Below are positions 54,938 to 63,967 of a stretch of DNA of 64,000 nucleotides, one piece after another (within the stretch, counting starts at the first letter, position 1; each line of letters opens with the position of its first letter). The translations under genes and the position numbers were made by a program. The DNA is from a virus (taxonomy: Duplodnaviria > Heunggongvirae > Uroviricota > Caudoviricetes), in IMG/VR virus record IMGVR_UViG_3300033066_001908; one strand, 5' to 3'. The notes beneath the pieces were generated by a model. That model worked only from the letters and a program-made list of their open reading frames with translations, did no database searches and had not been told where the DNA came from.

Positions 54938-55592
54938 AGAACGCGTCCTTAAAAGAGACAAACTGACAATCTTTGGCCATCAGTGCATCGTACATGGCCA
55001 GAATCCGCTGTAGATCACCGGGCTTCTGGAACTCATACGTGTGCCCCCAGAGCATCGCCACAGGAATCGTCTTGCTTTGGTTCAGCAACCGCTCAACCAA
55101 ATTCTCGGTGCCCCAATGCGCTGTTGGCCAGATGCGAAGCGGATCAGTCCACGAATTCGGCGTCCACATCCAATCCTTGGAGTATGGCGGCAGCGAACGT
55201 GCGCCAGCGTAATATTTGGCGGCGAACTTGACCACATCCGCATTGGTCTGACCAAACGGGTAGCACAGCATCAGCACTGGCTTACCGAACCATTCCTGCA
55301 GGCGATACTGGGACTTCGACAGTTGCTCATCCAACATGTAGCCAGGGAGCTTGGTGAAGTCCGGATGCGTCCAACCGTGTGACACGATGTCGTGTGGCTC
55401 GTAGTGACACAAGTCGCTGTGACTGATCAGCTTCCCGTAATACGGATCTTTGGGGTGGTTCGGCTCTCGGACGTCAGGCTTGTACCGACCTGGCGACAGC
55501 GCGAAGGACGCGATGATGCCGCGATCGTTCAAGGCCTCGATCAAAGGCAGGTCACTCTCAAGCCCGTCATCCCACATGGTACAAATCTTCAT
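54909..55592 (-). CDS. Polysaccharide deacetylase (CE4/NodB family)
   Basis: MKICTMWDDGLESD (TFDDG-like motif 1) and VSHGWTHPD (H..H motif 2). ATGA overlap with the sulfotransferase stop. Confidence 0.6.
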   Translation of the reverse strand: MKICTMWDDGLESDLPLIEALNDRGIIASFALSPGRYKPDVREPNHPKDPYYGKLISHSDLCHYEPHDIVSHGWTHPDFTKLPGYMLDEQLSKSQYRLQEWFGKPVLMLCYPFGQTNADVVKFAAKYYAGARSLPPYSKDWMWTPNSWTDPLRIWPTAHWGTENLVERLLNQSKTIPVAMLWGHTYEFQKPGDLQRILAMYDALMAKDCQFVSFKDAFYAARSNGSA

Positions 55593-56251
55593 GTACTGAA
55601 CTTTCGTACGCGCACATGCGCGACTGAGTTAATGATTTGCTCGTGGCTGGTGACACCCAGCATGTTTGCCAGCTTACTGGCCACGGCGAATGGCGTGATC
55701 ACCAAATCCTCGTAGTTGATTGAAACACTCGGCAGGTCGCCGTGCAGCCGGCGCATCAGGGACCATTGATCGAGTTGTACGTCAACCACCTGCTGTTGAA
55801 ACGTCATCGTTTCGCCATCCCTTACCTGCAGGGACTTGACGATCGCGTGGGGCGCCCGGCTCATCCAAACGATCAAGGGCTCGATACCCAGCTCGGCCAA
55901 CGTCTTGATCCCAAAGTCCATGACAAATGGGAACCGCGGATCTTTGAAGCCCCAGTGGCCCAGCGAAGCGCGGTTCCGTTCTTGTGCCAGATCGGCCCAC
56001 TGCTGGGCCAGCACGTCTGTGATCACCGGCCTGGGGAAACGCCAGGCATCGTTGATGAATCCACCCTGGCCATCGTACTCATTGAACATCTGACGATGCA
56101 GATGAACAAACCGTTGGTCTTCCCAGACTTCGTCAACGGTTTTGTTCGTCTGTTCTGCGACACCCATGTCGACGCCAAGGTTATTCAACAGTTGAGCTAA
56201 GCAGGTAGTGCCGCTCCGATGACAACCCACCACGATCACGGTTTCGAACAT
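55589..56251 (-). CDS. PAPS-dependent sulfotransferase (Sulfotransfer_1/3-like)
   Basis: N-terminal VIVVGCHRSGTTCLAQLL is the 5'-PSB P-loop (RSGTT). A downstream R/S-containing 3'-PB-like region is also present. Confidence 0.65.
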   Translation of the reverse strand: MFETVIVVGCHRSGTTCLAQLLNNLGVDMGVAEQTNKTVDEVWEDQRFVHLHRQMFNEYDGQGGFINDAWRFPRPVITDVLAQQWADLAQERNRASLGHWGFKDPRFPFVMDFGIKTLAELGIEPLIVWMSRAPHAIVKSLQVRDGETMTFQQQVVDVQLDQWSLMRRLHGDLPSVSINYEDLVITPFAVASKLANMLGVTSHEQIINSVAHVRVRKFST

Positions 56252-56717
56252 ATTTCCGCTCTTCCTCCACTGCTAGTCCGAGCAAGCGTTCGACATCACT
56301 CGGAGTGCAGGTCAGTTTTGCTTGGTTCAGGTAGTACGGCATGTCCTTGTTGTCCAGCCTGATGTTGGGCACCGTGGCTTCGTACAGGACATCCAGCACG
56401 GCGATCTTATGTCGTTGGTCGACGGCAAGCAACTTAGCGCCGGTTTCCACGTCATTAACTTTGACAGAACAGACCTGATAGCCGTCATCCGTGATCATGC
56501 AGTGAACGAAGTCGCTATTGATCACAACCACCTCACGGTACTGGCCATCGTGCTCGTAGATCATGTTGATGCCGGGAACAATCACATCGCCGAGTGAATA
56601 CACTTCGGCCATTGGTTCAGCGATTTGCACAGTGTGGCCTTTGGTAACAAAGATCTCGATCGACGGTGTGGCAAAACACAAACCGGCTAGACAAACGAAA
56701 ACGAGCAGAAATTTCAT
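56181..56717 (-). CDS. Secreted protein (signal peptide), hypothetical
   Basis: Start taken at MKFLLVFVCLAGLCFA|TPSIE. The 3' end overlaps the sulfotransferase start by about 70 nt in another frame. Confidence 0.45.
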   Translation of the reverse strand: MKFLLVFVCLAGLCFATPSIEIFVTKGHTVQIAEPMAEVYSLGDVIVPGINMIYEHDGQYREVVVINSDFVHCMITDDGYQVCSVKVNDVETGAKLLAVDQRHKIAVLDVLYEATVPNIRLDNKDMPYYLNQAKLTCTPSDVERLLGLAVEEERKYVRNRDRGGLSSERHYLLSSTVE

Positions 56718-56743
56718 GGTTTTCTCCAGGGTGGAAATGACAA

Positions 56744-56763
56744 GAGCCCGGTTGCCCGGGCTC
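56744..56763 (-). terminator. GC-rich hairpin terminator (GAGCCCGG-TTGC-CCGGGCTC)
   Basis: Perfect 8-bp stem, and the minus strand downstream is TTGTCATTTCC. It sits between the stop of 56790..57287 and the next start. Confidence 0.5.
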
Positions 56764-56769
56764 CTGAAT

Positions 56770-56790
56770 CTTATTAGGAACAATAAACTC
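56770..56790. promoter_or_regulatory. Conserved AT-rich palindromic 20-mer, copy C (CTTATTAGGAACAATAAACTC)
   Basis: It abuts the TAG stop of 56790..57287 and is followed by the terminator hairpin. Same arrangement as copy A. Confidence 0.35.
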
Positions 56791-57287
56791 TACGCACCGA
56801 TCTGCGCGTTCTTGTTCGCGGAAGCCGCATCGAAGGCAGAGGCATAGTGAACTTTGATCTGCACATCGGCGTTTGGCAGGTAGTTGTGCGAACGTGCGAT
56901 CGCACAAGCAACTGTCGCAGTCTTGGCCAGCACGGTGTTGGAAAGCAGGCTGTTGCCGCCGTCCTGGGCCGGCGCCAGCATGTCTCCCACCTGGAAGGCA
57001 GATGCCACGCAGCCGGTTTGCCACAGCGACATGGGACTGGTATCCACTTCGATCGCCGTATCTGCGGAGTCACCCGCAAAGTGCTGCGACACTGCCACAC
57101 CCAGAAACTTGGCCGCGAAGGCCGCCTGTGTGGTTGCCAGGTCTGTGGTCCATGTAAACGCATTCGCAGGTTTGCACTGGCCGGTTGCAGTGTCCAACCA
57201 GACCAAATCACCCACCTTGATCGCCGTAGATGACGCGACGGGGACAGTGTGGATGCTTTGCTCGCCACCTTTGTATACGTTCGACAT
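56790..57287 (-). CDS. Small protein followed by strong terminator; possibly an abundant structural/decoration protein
   Basis: 165-aa ORF rich in Ala/Thr/Val (beta-rich composition). The motif plus terminator immediately downstream suggests a highly expressed gene. No family recognised. Confidence 0.4.
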   Translation of the reverse strand: MSNVYKGGEQSIHTVPVASSTAIKVGDLVWLDTATGQCKPANAFTWTTDLATTQAAFAAKFLGVAVSQHFAGDSADTAIEVDTSPMSLWQTGCVASAFQVGDMLAPAQDGGNSLLSNTVLAKTATVACAIARSHNYLPNADVQIKVHYASAFDAASANKNAQIGA

Positions 57288-57299
57288 AGTCCTGATTCC

Positions 57300-57674
57300 T
57301 TACGAGTTTGGGGGCTCGGCTCCGAAGCTGTGGATTGCGATTTCAGGCACGATCTTAATCGAGACGAGCACAAGCTGGCAAATCCAAAACTTGCTGGTTG
57401 CGGTCTGATCCGTTACAGATCGCCAGGCCTGGGGGGTTGAACCCTCCAAATACCACTCATCTTTCCTGGGTGCGCGGAAGATTTGGGTCTTTACCGCCAT
57501 CACCTTGAATTTCACCTCATCGGTTTCCTTCCAGGTATCAGGCTGCAGAATATGCAGCCTGATACCCTGAAAACCAAGACGGTCCAACTCTTCCCGGCTC
57601 GGCTGATCACCGATGGGATATAGGAGTTTGCGGTCAACGGACGTCCGCAAAGTCTCAGTGGACTCGATAATCAC
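57300..57674 (-). CDS. Hypothetical protein (124 aa)
   Basis: ORF. Confidence 0.4.
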   Translation of the reverse strand: MIIESTETLRTSVDRKLLYPIGDQPSREELDRLGFQGIRLHILQPDTWKETDEVKFKVMAVKTQIFRAPRKDEWYLEGSTPQAWRSVTDQTATSKFWICQLVLVSIKIVPEIAIHSFGAEPPNS

Positions 57675-57970
57675 GGCACCTCCCGCACAATCTTCGCTTT
57701 GCAGGTCTCATGGAAGCCATCAAGGAATAATTGAATGTCGTCTCGGTTTCCAGGCACCAATATCGAAGCCAGACGACATATCAAAACCCGGGCGTCGTCA
57801 GTATCCCAACTGTAGCTGAGCACCTGACTCGCAACCGGAAACCGCGTGCTGGTGAGCTTCACTTGACTGCCGATTGGCAGGATACCAGGCCAGCAATGAT
57901 CAATCGAACACTCCACCCTGTATTGACGATCTGCTGTTCCAATGGCGATCAGAAAACGGATCGCATCCAT
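57671..57970 (-). CDS. Hypothetical protein (99 aa)
   Basis: ORF. ATGA overlap with the downstream gene. Confidence 0.4.
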   Translation of the reverse strand: MDAIRFLIAIGTADRQYRVECSIDHCWPGILPIGSQVKLTSTRFPVASQVLSYSWDTDDARVLICRLASILVPGNRDDIQLFLDGFHETCKAKIVREVP

Positions 57971-57977
57971 AACATCC

Positions 57978-58469
57978 TCACTTCTTTGCTTTGGTTTCCA
58001 ACGCGTAAGCTTGCTGAATCATATTGGTGACCGCATCAGCCGGTAACCGCGATCGCACACTCTTGAGAACTGCCGACAATCCACTGGTATCGACAAACTC
58101 GAAACCTTGCGTGTCCCCATCGGCCAGCCAGATCCAAACTGTGCCATAGTCCGTGCCTTTAACGATCCAGAGCTTGAACTTGCACTGGTGCTTGCCTTGC
58201 TCAACTGTGATCTTGGGCCGCTTGCCGCTCTTGGTCTCAATCGTCAGATTGTCCGTCCGCAAGACGACCAACTTCTTCACAGTCTTGTCCGGAGCTGTCC
58301 ATTGTGTGCAGACTGCTCCGGAACCGAACAGCTCGACCGTGTACTGACCGTACCCAACGTCGTCCACTTGCGTGGCCTGTTCGTCGTCTCCGACATAAAC
58401 CTGCATGCCATCTCGGGCAAACGCCGTCGAACATACCAACACCATCGCGCAGATCAACCAAAGCTTCAT
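57978..58469 (-). CDS. Secreted protein (signal peptide), hypothetical
   Basis: Start taken at MKLWLICAMVLVCSTAFA|RDG. Confidence 0.45.
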   Translation of the reverse strand: MKLWLICAMVLVCSTAFARDGMQVYVGDDEQATQVDDVGYGQYTVELFGSGAVCTQWTAPDKTVKKLVVLRTDNLTIETKSGKRPKITVEQGKHQCKFKLWIVKGTDYGTVWIWLADGDTQGFEFVDTSGLSAVLKSVRSRLPADAVTNMIQQAYALETKAKK

Positions 58470-58576
58470 CGTACAAACTCCTTCAAACATCAAACAAACC
58501 CTTTTTTTTAGGTATCTCAACTGGCTTCTCAACCGGCCCTTGCTCTTTCAACAGCTTCTGCATCTCGTTCTGCAGG

Positions 58577-59275
58577 TCACGCGGCAGGAGCTTGTTCACT
58601 GCCAGGCTGCTCAGGTAGTTTAACCTCTTCTGCTGCTTTGGCGTCAACATCGACAGACTCCTTCATCCGAGCAATCCACTCTCGGTTCCGCTCAGGATCT
58701 CGCTGGATCCGCAGATTCACATCAGTTCTGATGTCTGAGACCGCGCGCGGCGTCTCCAGAAACGTAGCAATCTCCCAGATTGTGTTTACCGGTGACTCAC
58801 ACAAATCTTCGTACCAGACTGTCATCTTCGGACCATGGAACTCGCTCAAGCGGCCACGCCAGTAGCCTAACTCCGTTCCCAGTAGATGATACCGATACCT
58901 GATTTGCTTCCTGTCAAATGCCACTTCGGGTGCTGGGGTATCGCCTGCGCGCAACCTGAACTGCCGTGTTGTCCTGGCAACGTAAAGGCTGATCGCCTGC
59001 GCCATCAGATCTCGACGACGTAACCAGATCAGCTTCTGCGGTTGAAAGATGTTTCGCCACCGCTCGTCCGCCGCCTGCGTTAGTTTCATGCCAAATGGCA
59101 CATGGTCAGGTGTCTGAGCCCGTAATGTCTTGAGGAAATCCTGCATGTGCTGCGTTTCGAACGGACCATGATAGTGCAGCAACTGCTCGCCGGGCCGCCC
59201 CAACGCATTCAAGTGCAGCAGCTCTTCCAGGTAGGTCGAACCGCTGCGCAAACTGGTACAAACACCGTATTGCAT
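58577..59275 (-). CDS. Stf0-like sulfotransferase
   Basis: Start taken at ATG 59275 (MQYGVCTSLRSGSTYLEELL), which overlaps the upstream stop as ATGA. The RSGST P-loop near the N-terminus is typical of Stf0 (PF09037). Confidence 0.55.
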   Translation of the reverse strand: MQYGVCTSLRSGSTYLEELLHLNALGRPGEQLLHYHGPFETQHMQDFLKTLRAQTPDHVPFGMKLTQAADERWRNIFQPQKLIWLRRRDLMAQAISLYVARTTRQFRLRAGDTPAPEVAFDRKQIRYRYHLLGTELGYWRGRLSEFHGPKMTVWYEDLCESPVNTIWEIATFLETPRAVSDIRTDVNLRIQRDPERNREWIARMKESVDVDAKAAEEVKLPEQPGSEQAPAA

Positions 59276-59823
59276 CACCGTCTCCTGCAAACCCACAAGG
59301 AATCCGCCAGCTCAAGTGATTCCAACTGACCCGCCGCAATCAATTCACGTACGAACTTGGTCACGCCCGCACACGTGCCATCCGCACCTTCGACAGCGTC
59401 ATGAAAGGCCACAACAGCTTTAGTCATCAGGTTGGGCAGCAGATTCATATAATCGGCTGCCACACCTTCATAGCTGTGGTCCCCGTCAATGAAAGCCAAA
59501 TCGTAGAAGTGGTTGTAACGAACTGTTCGCGAATCAGCGACCAGCCGCTCAACGCCACGTGTGTTCAGATAATTCGAACAGTTCTCATTCTCACGTGTTG
59601 GGTCATTCTCCACGCTGGTGATCGGCACATGCGCATTCGCACCGGCCAGCAAGCAGGTCGACCCACCACGATAACGACCAATCTCCACAATGCCAAAGCG
59701 AGCCTGTTTGGCATAACGCCAGAGCAGGCCCGCCTCGCCAATGTTCAATCGGGCCAAGCCGCGACTGGTTGAGTCACTTGTGAACAACCAGAGCATGTCT
59801 GCCAGATCAGGCGTGTTTCCCAT
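59275..59823 (-). CDS. Class I SAM-dependent methyltransferase (Methyltransf_24-like)
   Basis: IVEIGRYRGGST (motif I) and LAFIDGDHSYEGVAADYMNLLPNLMTKAVVAFHD. Confidence 0.6.
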   Translation of the reverse strand: MGNTPDLADMLWLFTSDSTSRGLARLNIGEAGLLWRYAKQARFGIVEIGRYRGGSTCLLAGANAHVPITSVENDPTRENENCSNYLNTRGVERLVADSRTVRYNHFYDLAFIDGDHSYEGVAADYMNLLPNLMTKAVVAFHDAVEGADGTCAGVTKFVRELIAAGQLESLELADSLWVCRRR

Positions 59824-59830
59824 TGATCCC

Positions 59831-60223
59831 TCAATTCACACCGGTGCGCCAACAGTATTCCCGCAAATAATCTCTGACCGGACCAAGTTTATCACCAGTG
59901 GTGTTCTTGATCACGTTCACGACCTTATTGGCTGCCGTGGCTAGAACTTTGGCCGCCTGGCCCGCGCCCTTCTGCTTGTACAATTGCCAACCGACAATCG
60001 TAGTCGGCACCTTGACACCAGTCTTACCATTGACCACATCGGCCAACAGGCGCTGAAACACCACATCTGGCTCAGTGTCTTCGGCGCCGTGCTCGTGATA
60101 CAACGACTGGGCTGCTTCAAACGCTTCGATCGCTGCCTTCAGCTTGCCCAGCGGGCTCGTCGTGACTTTCGTTGCCATCAGTAACCGCATCCTCTCGAAC
60201 TTCGAGTGTTTGATCTGCGGCAT
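59831..60223 (-). CDS. Hypothetical protein
   Basis: ORF. Start uncertain; it overlaps 60117..60920. Confidence 0.35.
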   Translation of the reverse strand: MPQIKHSKFERMRLLMATKVTTSPLGKLKAAIEAFEAAQSLYHEHGAEDTEPDVVFQRLLADVVNGKTGVKVPTTIVGWQLYKQKGAGQAAKVLATAANKVVNVIKNTTGDKLGPVRDYLREYCWRTGVN

Positions 60224-60920
60224 CTCGCGGTTTCATGTCACCTGACCCAGTGTTGAACTGGAGGGCACCTTCCTCGTCCATGTTATAGACCAGAGGTGTC
60301 GCACGCTTATACCCGTAGGCACCGTACGTCGACCGCAAGATGTGCAGAAAATCAACTAAACACTGCTTGTAGTCGCGTTCCGCGAACACAAGCGCAAAGG
60401 CCTCGATCCACCGGCGATCAGAGATCACCCGCGTGAATGGTCGAACGCCCGCATAGCAGGGATTAAGATAGATCCCCATGACGTGCTCCCGCTTCAGCTC
60501 GCCACGAGTCAGGCCCGAATAAGCCATCAAGGCCTGCGGCTTAGGCAGCTCAACAAACTGGTTCCGCGCAATGGGAACAACTGCTGGCTCGTACAGCAGA
60601 TCTGTTGCCGGCGGGAACGTGGTCCAAGAATACCGCTGCGTCATCTGCAGCGTCTTGAGCATCCCATTCGCGAAGGCCTTGTAACCATACTTGGTCAAGG
60701 CGCCGAGGCAGCCAAACACCCAGTCTTCATCGGCCAGCACACGTTTGTGCATGCCGACCCCAGTCCACATCGGATGAATGGTCACGGCAACCGCTTCTTC
60801 CTGGCAGGTGGGATGATACGGATCCTTTGGCCACTTGACTGGCATGACCGGCATCTCCGCATCACGCTTCTTCTCGTACGCCTGTTTCTTCTTTAGCCGA
60901 GCCAATCTGCCACTCTTCAT
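60117..60920 (-). CDS. Hypothetical protein (267 aa)
   Basis: ORF with a basic N-terminus. Confidence 0.4.
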   Translation of the reverse strand: MKSGRLARLKKKQAYEKKRDAEMPVMPVKWPKDPYHPTCQEEAVAVTIHPMWTGVGMHKRVLADEDWVFGCLGALTKYGYKAFANGMLKTLQMTQRYSWTTFPPATDLLYEPAVVPIARNQFVELPKPQALMAYSGLTRGELKREHVMGIYLNPCYAGVRPFTRVISDRRWIEAFALVFAERDYKQCLVDFLHILRSTYGAYGYKRATPLVYNMDEEGALQFNTGSGDMKPRDAADQTLEVREDAVTDGNESHDEPAGQAEGSDRSV

Positions 60921-60921
60921 T

Positions 60922-61638
60922 TCAAACCTCTCCCAGAACTGAGACCGGGTTACGAGTAATCAACTTCACCTGTTGTGCATACACGACACCAGGCTCAGGC
61001 GCGTCCCAGCAGGCTTTACAAGCAGCCAGCTGCTTATCCATCAGATCGACAGCCTGTAGGATTTGATACCGCCGGCGCATCGTCTCATCGTAATACCGCT
61101 CCGCGTCGAGCATGTAAAACACCTGGGCCAACTGTACAGTTTTGGCCCAGGCATTGAACTCTTCAATCCGTTTGTTGATCTCGTGGATGATTTCCGTCTT
61201 ACGGACATCTTTGAGATTAGGATCTTTGATAGGCTCGCCACCACGCGTGCGCTGTAGTGCCAGAACTGTGCCGTCTGCCTTCGTGACCTCCCGCACGTCC
61301 CGAGTATGCCAAGACCAGTCCTTGATCTGTTTGTCGTAGATGTAGCCCGAGTCGCGCGGCGACTCTGTCTCCGTGCGGGCTCGCAACTGAATGAACACAC
61401 TCAGCGGCCCTTCAATGTGCGGATTCGTGACCACAGTCTCGAGTTCTACAGCCCAATGGTCCACACCACAATTCCCGACAGTCCCGCCAGGCCAAACGTA
61501 TTCTCCACCAGGAATCTGCATGACTTTATACAGATCGGCCAGTTGGTGCTCATCAGGTAATGATAGAAAAGGTGGAAAGACCTCTTCTGCTTGTTCTGCC
61601 ATTTCATTCTTCCTGTTCTTGGTCAACAGCCCAATCAA
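60922..61638 (-). CDS. Hypothetical protein (238 aa)
   Basis: ORF. Confidence 0.45.
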   Translation of the reverse strand: MIGLLTKNRKNEMAEQAEEVFPPFLSLPDEHQLADLYKVMQIPGGEYVWPGGTVGNCGVDHWAVELETVVTNPHIEGPLSVFIQLRARTETESPRDSGYIYDKQIKDWSWHTRDVREVTKADGTVLALQRTRGGEPIKDPNLKDVRKTEIIHEINKRIEEFNAWAKTVQLAQVFYMLDAERYYDETMRRRYQILQAVDLMDKQLAACKACWDAPEPGVVYAQQVKLITRNPVSVLGEV

Positions 61639-61837
61639 TCTCTACCGGCTCATCACGATAGACCTGCTGCATGGTTGTGGCCTTGAGATCGCGCCGTTGC
61701 ACGTCCTCAATGCAGCCATGACAGTAATACTTGCGTTTGAACACGGCACAATACTTGTGGCGCTCGGACTCCGGAACCGCCGGCGTACAAACTGCGCCGC
61801 AGTTCCCGCACTTTGCTGGTCTGTACTTTCCCATCAC
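61604..61837 (-). CDS. Zinc-ribbon protein (77 aa)
   Basis: CGNCGAVC...CHGC. Confidence 0.4.
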   Translation of the reverse strand: MMGKYRPAKCGNCGAVCTPAVPESERHKYCAVFKRKYYCHGCIEDVQRRDLKATTMQQVYRDEPVEIDWAVDQEQEE

Positions 61838-62181
61838 TTCAAGTCCACTTGTCGGATCGTGCCCACGAACTCATAGTTCCTGAACCAACCATCGAAACGC
61901 CACACGGTTCCCGGCTCACGACCTTGTTTCTGCAGAAACTCGATCAGGTAATCGAAGAACCACGGCGAAGATTCTAACTCCAAGCCCTTACGGCTTGTCA
62001 ACTCCCAGCCCAGCACGGTTGGATTCAACTCATCGTTGCCACAACACCCAAGAGCCCAAAGTACATGGCCATGGTACTTCACGTTCATCTTGGGTGCTAA
62101 GTGGCCCCACGTTTCAGCCAACACGGCTGCTCGGTAACGCGCCTCAACGGGCGCGAAGATCTCAGCCATGTAGTTAGCCAT
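61834..62181 (-). CDS. Hypothetical protein (115 aa)
   Basis: ORF. ATGA overlap downstream. Confidence 0.4.
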   Translation of the reverse strand: MANYMAEIFAPVEARYRAAVLAETWGHLAPKMNVKYHGHVLWALGCCGNDELNPTVLGWELTSRKGLELESSPWFFDYLIEFLQKQGREPGTVWRFDGWFRNYEFVGTIRQVDLK

Positions 62182-62355
62182 CGGTCACCTGCCGTTGTTT
62201 TCTGACCATAGATCAGTCCTTCTTGGGTCGCTTCGCACCCTGGCAACCGTGGTAGCCATGCTCCCACTGGCAATTTTTTGTTTTACAATAATGGCCGACA
62301 GCGTCTTTCGAGCGCCGCCGGCCACAGTATTTGCAATGAGTCGGACAGCCGCACT

Positions 62356-62823
62356 TCACGGTGAAGCTCCTTCGCGTAACGTACCGTCAGGATTCCGCAA
62401 TCGATACCACCAAAGGCCTCGGACACTGGCATCTCGCCGACGATCCACAATCCAACTGCCGAACTTCTCTTTCCGAAGATCCGTGATTCGCGCAGCGACA
62501 CTGCTGGTGTTGCTGTTACCAACACGCGCAGCGATGTCCGCCTGCGTGTGCCAATTGCCGTCACTCATCGCGTGAAACACCCGCCCGAGCGCTGTCTGCA
62601 GTCGATCGTGATCCTGGCTGGGATCGTAAGTTGCACCATCGAAGTGCTGGCCCTGTGCGGCATTGGCCTGTGCCCGCTCGATGTCCGTTTGATACATCGA
62701 GCGGGCGTTTCGCATCGCATCAGCCATTGTGTTCCAGGCCACTTGATCAGTAGATGCAGCATCCCACAAAGTCAAAAACATGTTCACAGCATCAATATAA
62801 GCTGTCTGAGTCTCATGTCGCAT
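62356..62823 (-). CDS. Hypothetical protein with possible winged-helix DNA-binding C-terminus
   Basis: ADIAARVGNSNTSSVAARITDLRKEKFGSWIVDRRR is HTH-like. Weak call. Confidence 0.35.
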   Translation of the reverse strand: MRHETQTAYIDAVNMFLTLWDAASTDQVAWNTMADAMRNARSMYQTDIERAQANAAQGQHFDGATYDPSQDHDRLQTALGRVFHAMSDGNWHTQADIAARVGNSNTSSVAARITDLRKEKFGSWIVDRRRDASVRGLWWYRLRNPDGTLREGASP

Positions 62824-63967
62824 TTGCAGTTTCTACTTTGAAAGGCAAGTCAGCACGCACCGTAATTGGCACGTACCAACGGATCTTCACCTTCTCACGA
62901 TTAGGCCCATACCGAACCGCGTGCGGGTGCCCACCACGAATGTGGGCATACTCCAATTCTCGACCGGTAGGCTCGCCCGTACCGGACTGTTTAACTCGTG
63001 GCCGATGGTCCAAGAACATCAAGTCCGTTCCGACGTTGTAGCCGACCTTACCTTTGCGTCGGGCACGCGCCGCATAGCCTTCACGTTTCTCGGGATCCTG
63101 TTCACGATCAAAATTGTACCTGTCCTTGTTCAGGACATCGGCCTCGCAGATCGTCGGGTTATCGGACAGGAACCCGATTGTCACCACGAGACGCAACAAA
63201 TTGCTGTAGAACTCTTTGTTGAGTCCAGAAATACCTTGGTCGCACTGCAGATAAAAACGATCGATTTCGTCCGCGAGTGAATCAGTGCCGTTCGTGCGTA
63301 AGATGCACGTCACAGGCGGCAACGGCATGTTAAGGCCCATCGCCAAACCTTCCGCGTAGACAATTTCCGCGTCTCCCCGGGCTGCGCCAAAACTTAAAAG
63401 CAAACGCCCATGATCCGGTTGATGCCAGGCCAGTAGCGTACTCACAGAAACAGGTTGTGCGTCTGTTAATTCGAAACTGTACTGTGAAGCCAAATGCTCG
63501 GCCATGTGCCGTGGATACGTGAGAATCTTGACGAAAGGCGGTAAGCGAATGTTCACAGCCTTATATTCATGCGGCATTTTGAACATAGCCGCTGGGATCT
63601 TACTCAAATCCGAGCGGCACAGTTTTTCCACCATTTCCGGATGCACGTTGTAATACGGCGAGCCGGCTTCCAGCCAAACACGTTCCATGGCTGTGATTAC
63701 TTTTAGTTCATCTAAAATGCGCGCCGAACGCGGATCAGTAACTATCCGCGCTTGCGAATGCAACAAATCTTCGAACTGATCAAAGGAAGCTCCCTTGCGA
63801 TCACCATCTGCACGCATCATGCTACGCACACGACCGTACATTGTGTGCCAGTCGAAAAACTTCGTCATTTGTACACGATCTCCCGTTTCTGTTCGGTCAT
63901 ATTTGGCATTGGAGCGAGCAGATAGATCGCGCCCCAACCGTGATAAACCTTCTGAAACCAGCCCCAT
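62813..63967 (-). CDS. Hypothetical protein (384 aa)
   Basis: Long clean ORF. A further minus-strand gene ends at about 63971 (TGA) and runs off the right edge. Confidence 0.5.
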   Translation of the reverse strand: MGLVSEGLSRLGRDLSARSNAKYDRTETGDRVQMTKFFDWHTMYGRVRSMMRADGDRKGASFDQFEDLLHSQARIVTDPRSARILDELKVITAMERVWLEAGSPYYNVHPEMVEKLCRSDLSKIPAAMFKMPHEYKAVNIRLPPFVKILTYPRHMAEHLASQYSFELTDAQPVSVSTLLAWHQPDHGRLLLSFGAARGDAEIVYAEGLAMGLNMPLPPVTCILRTNGTDSLADEIDRFYLQCDQGISGLNKEFYSNLLRLVVTIGFLSDNPTICEADVLNKDRYNFDREQDPEKREGYAARARRKGKVGYNVGTDLMFLDHRPRVKQSGTGEPTGRELEYAHIRGGHPHAVRYGPNREKVKIRWYVPITVRADLPFKVETANAT

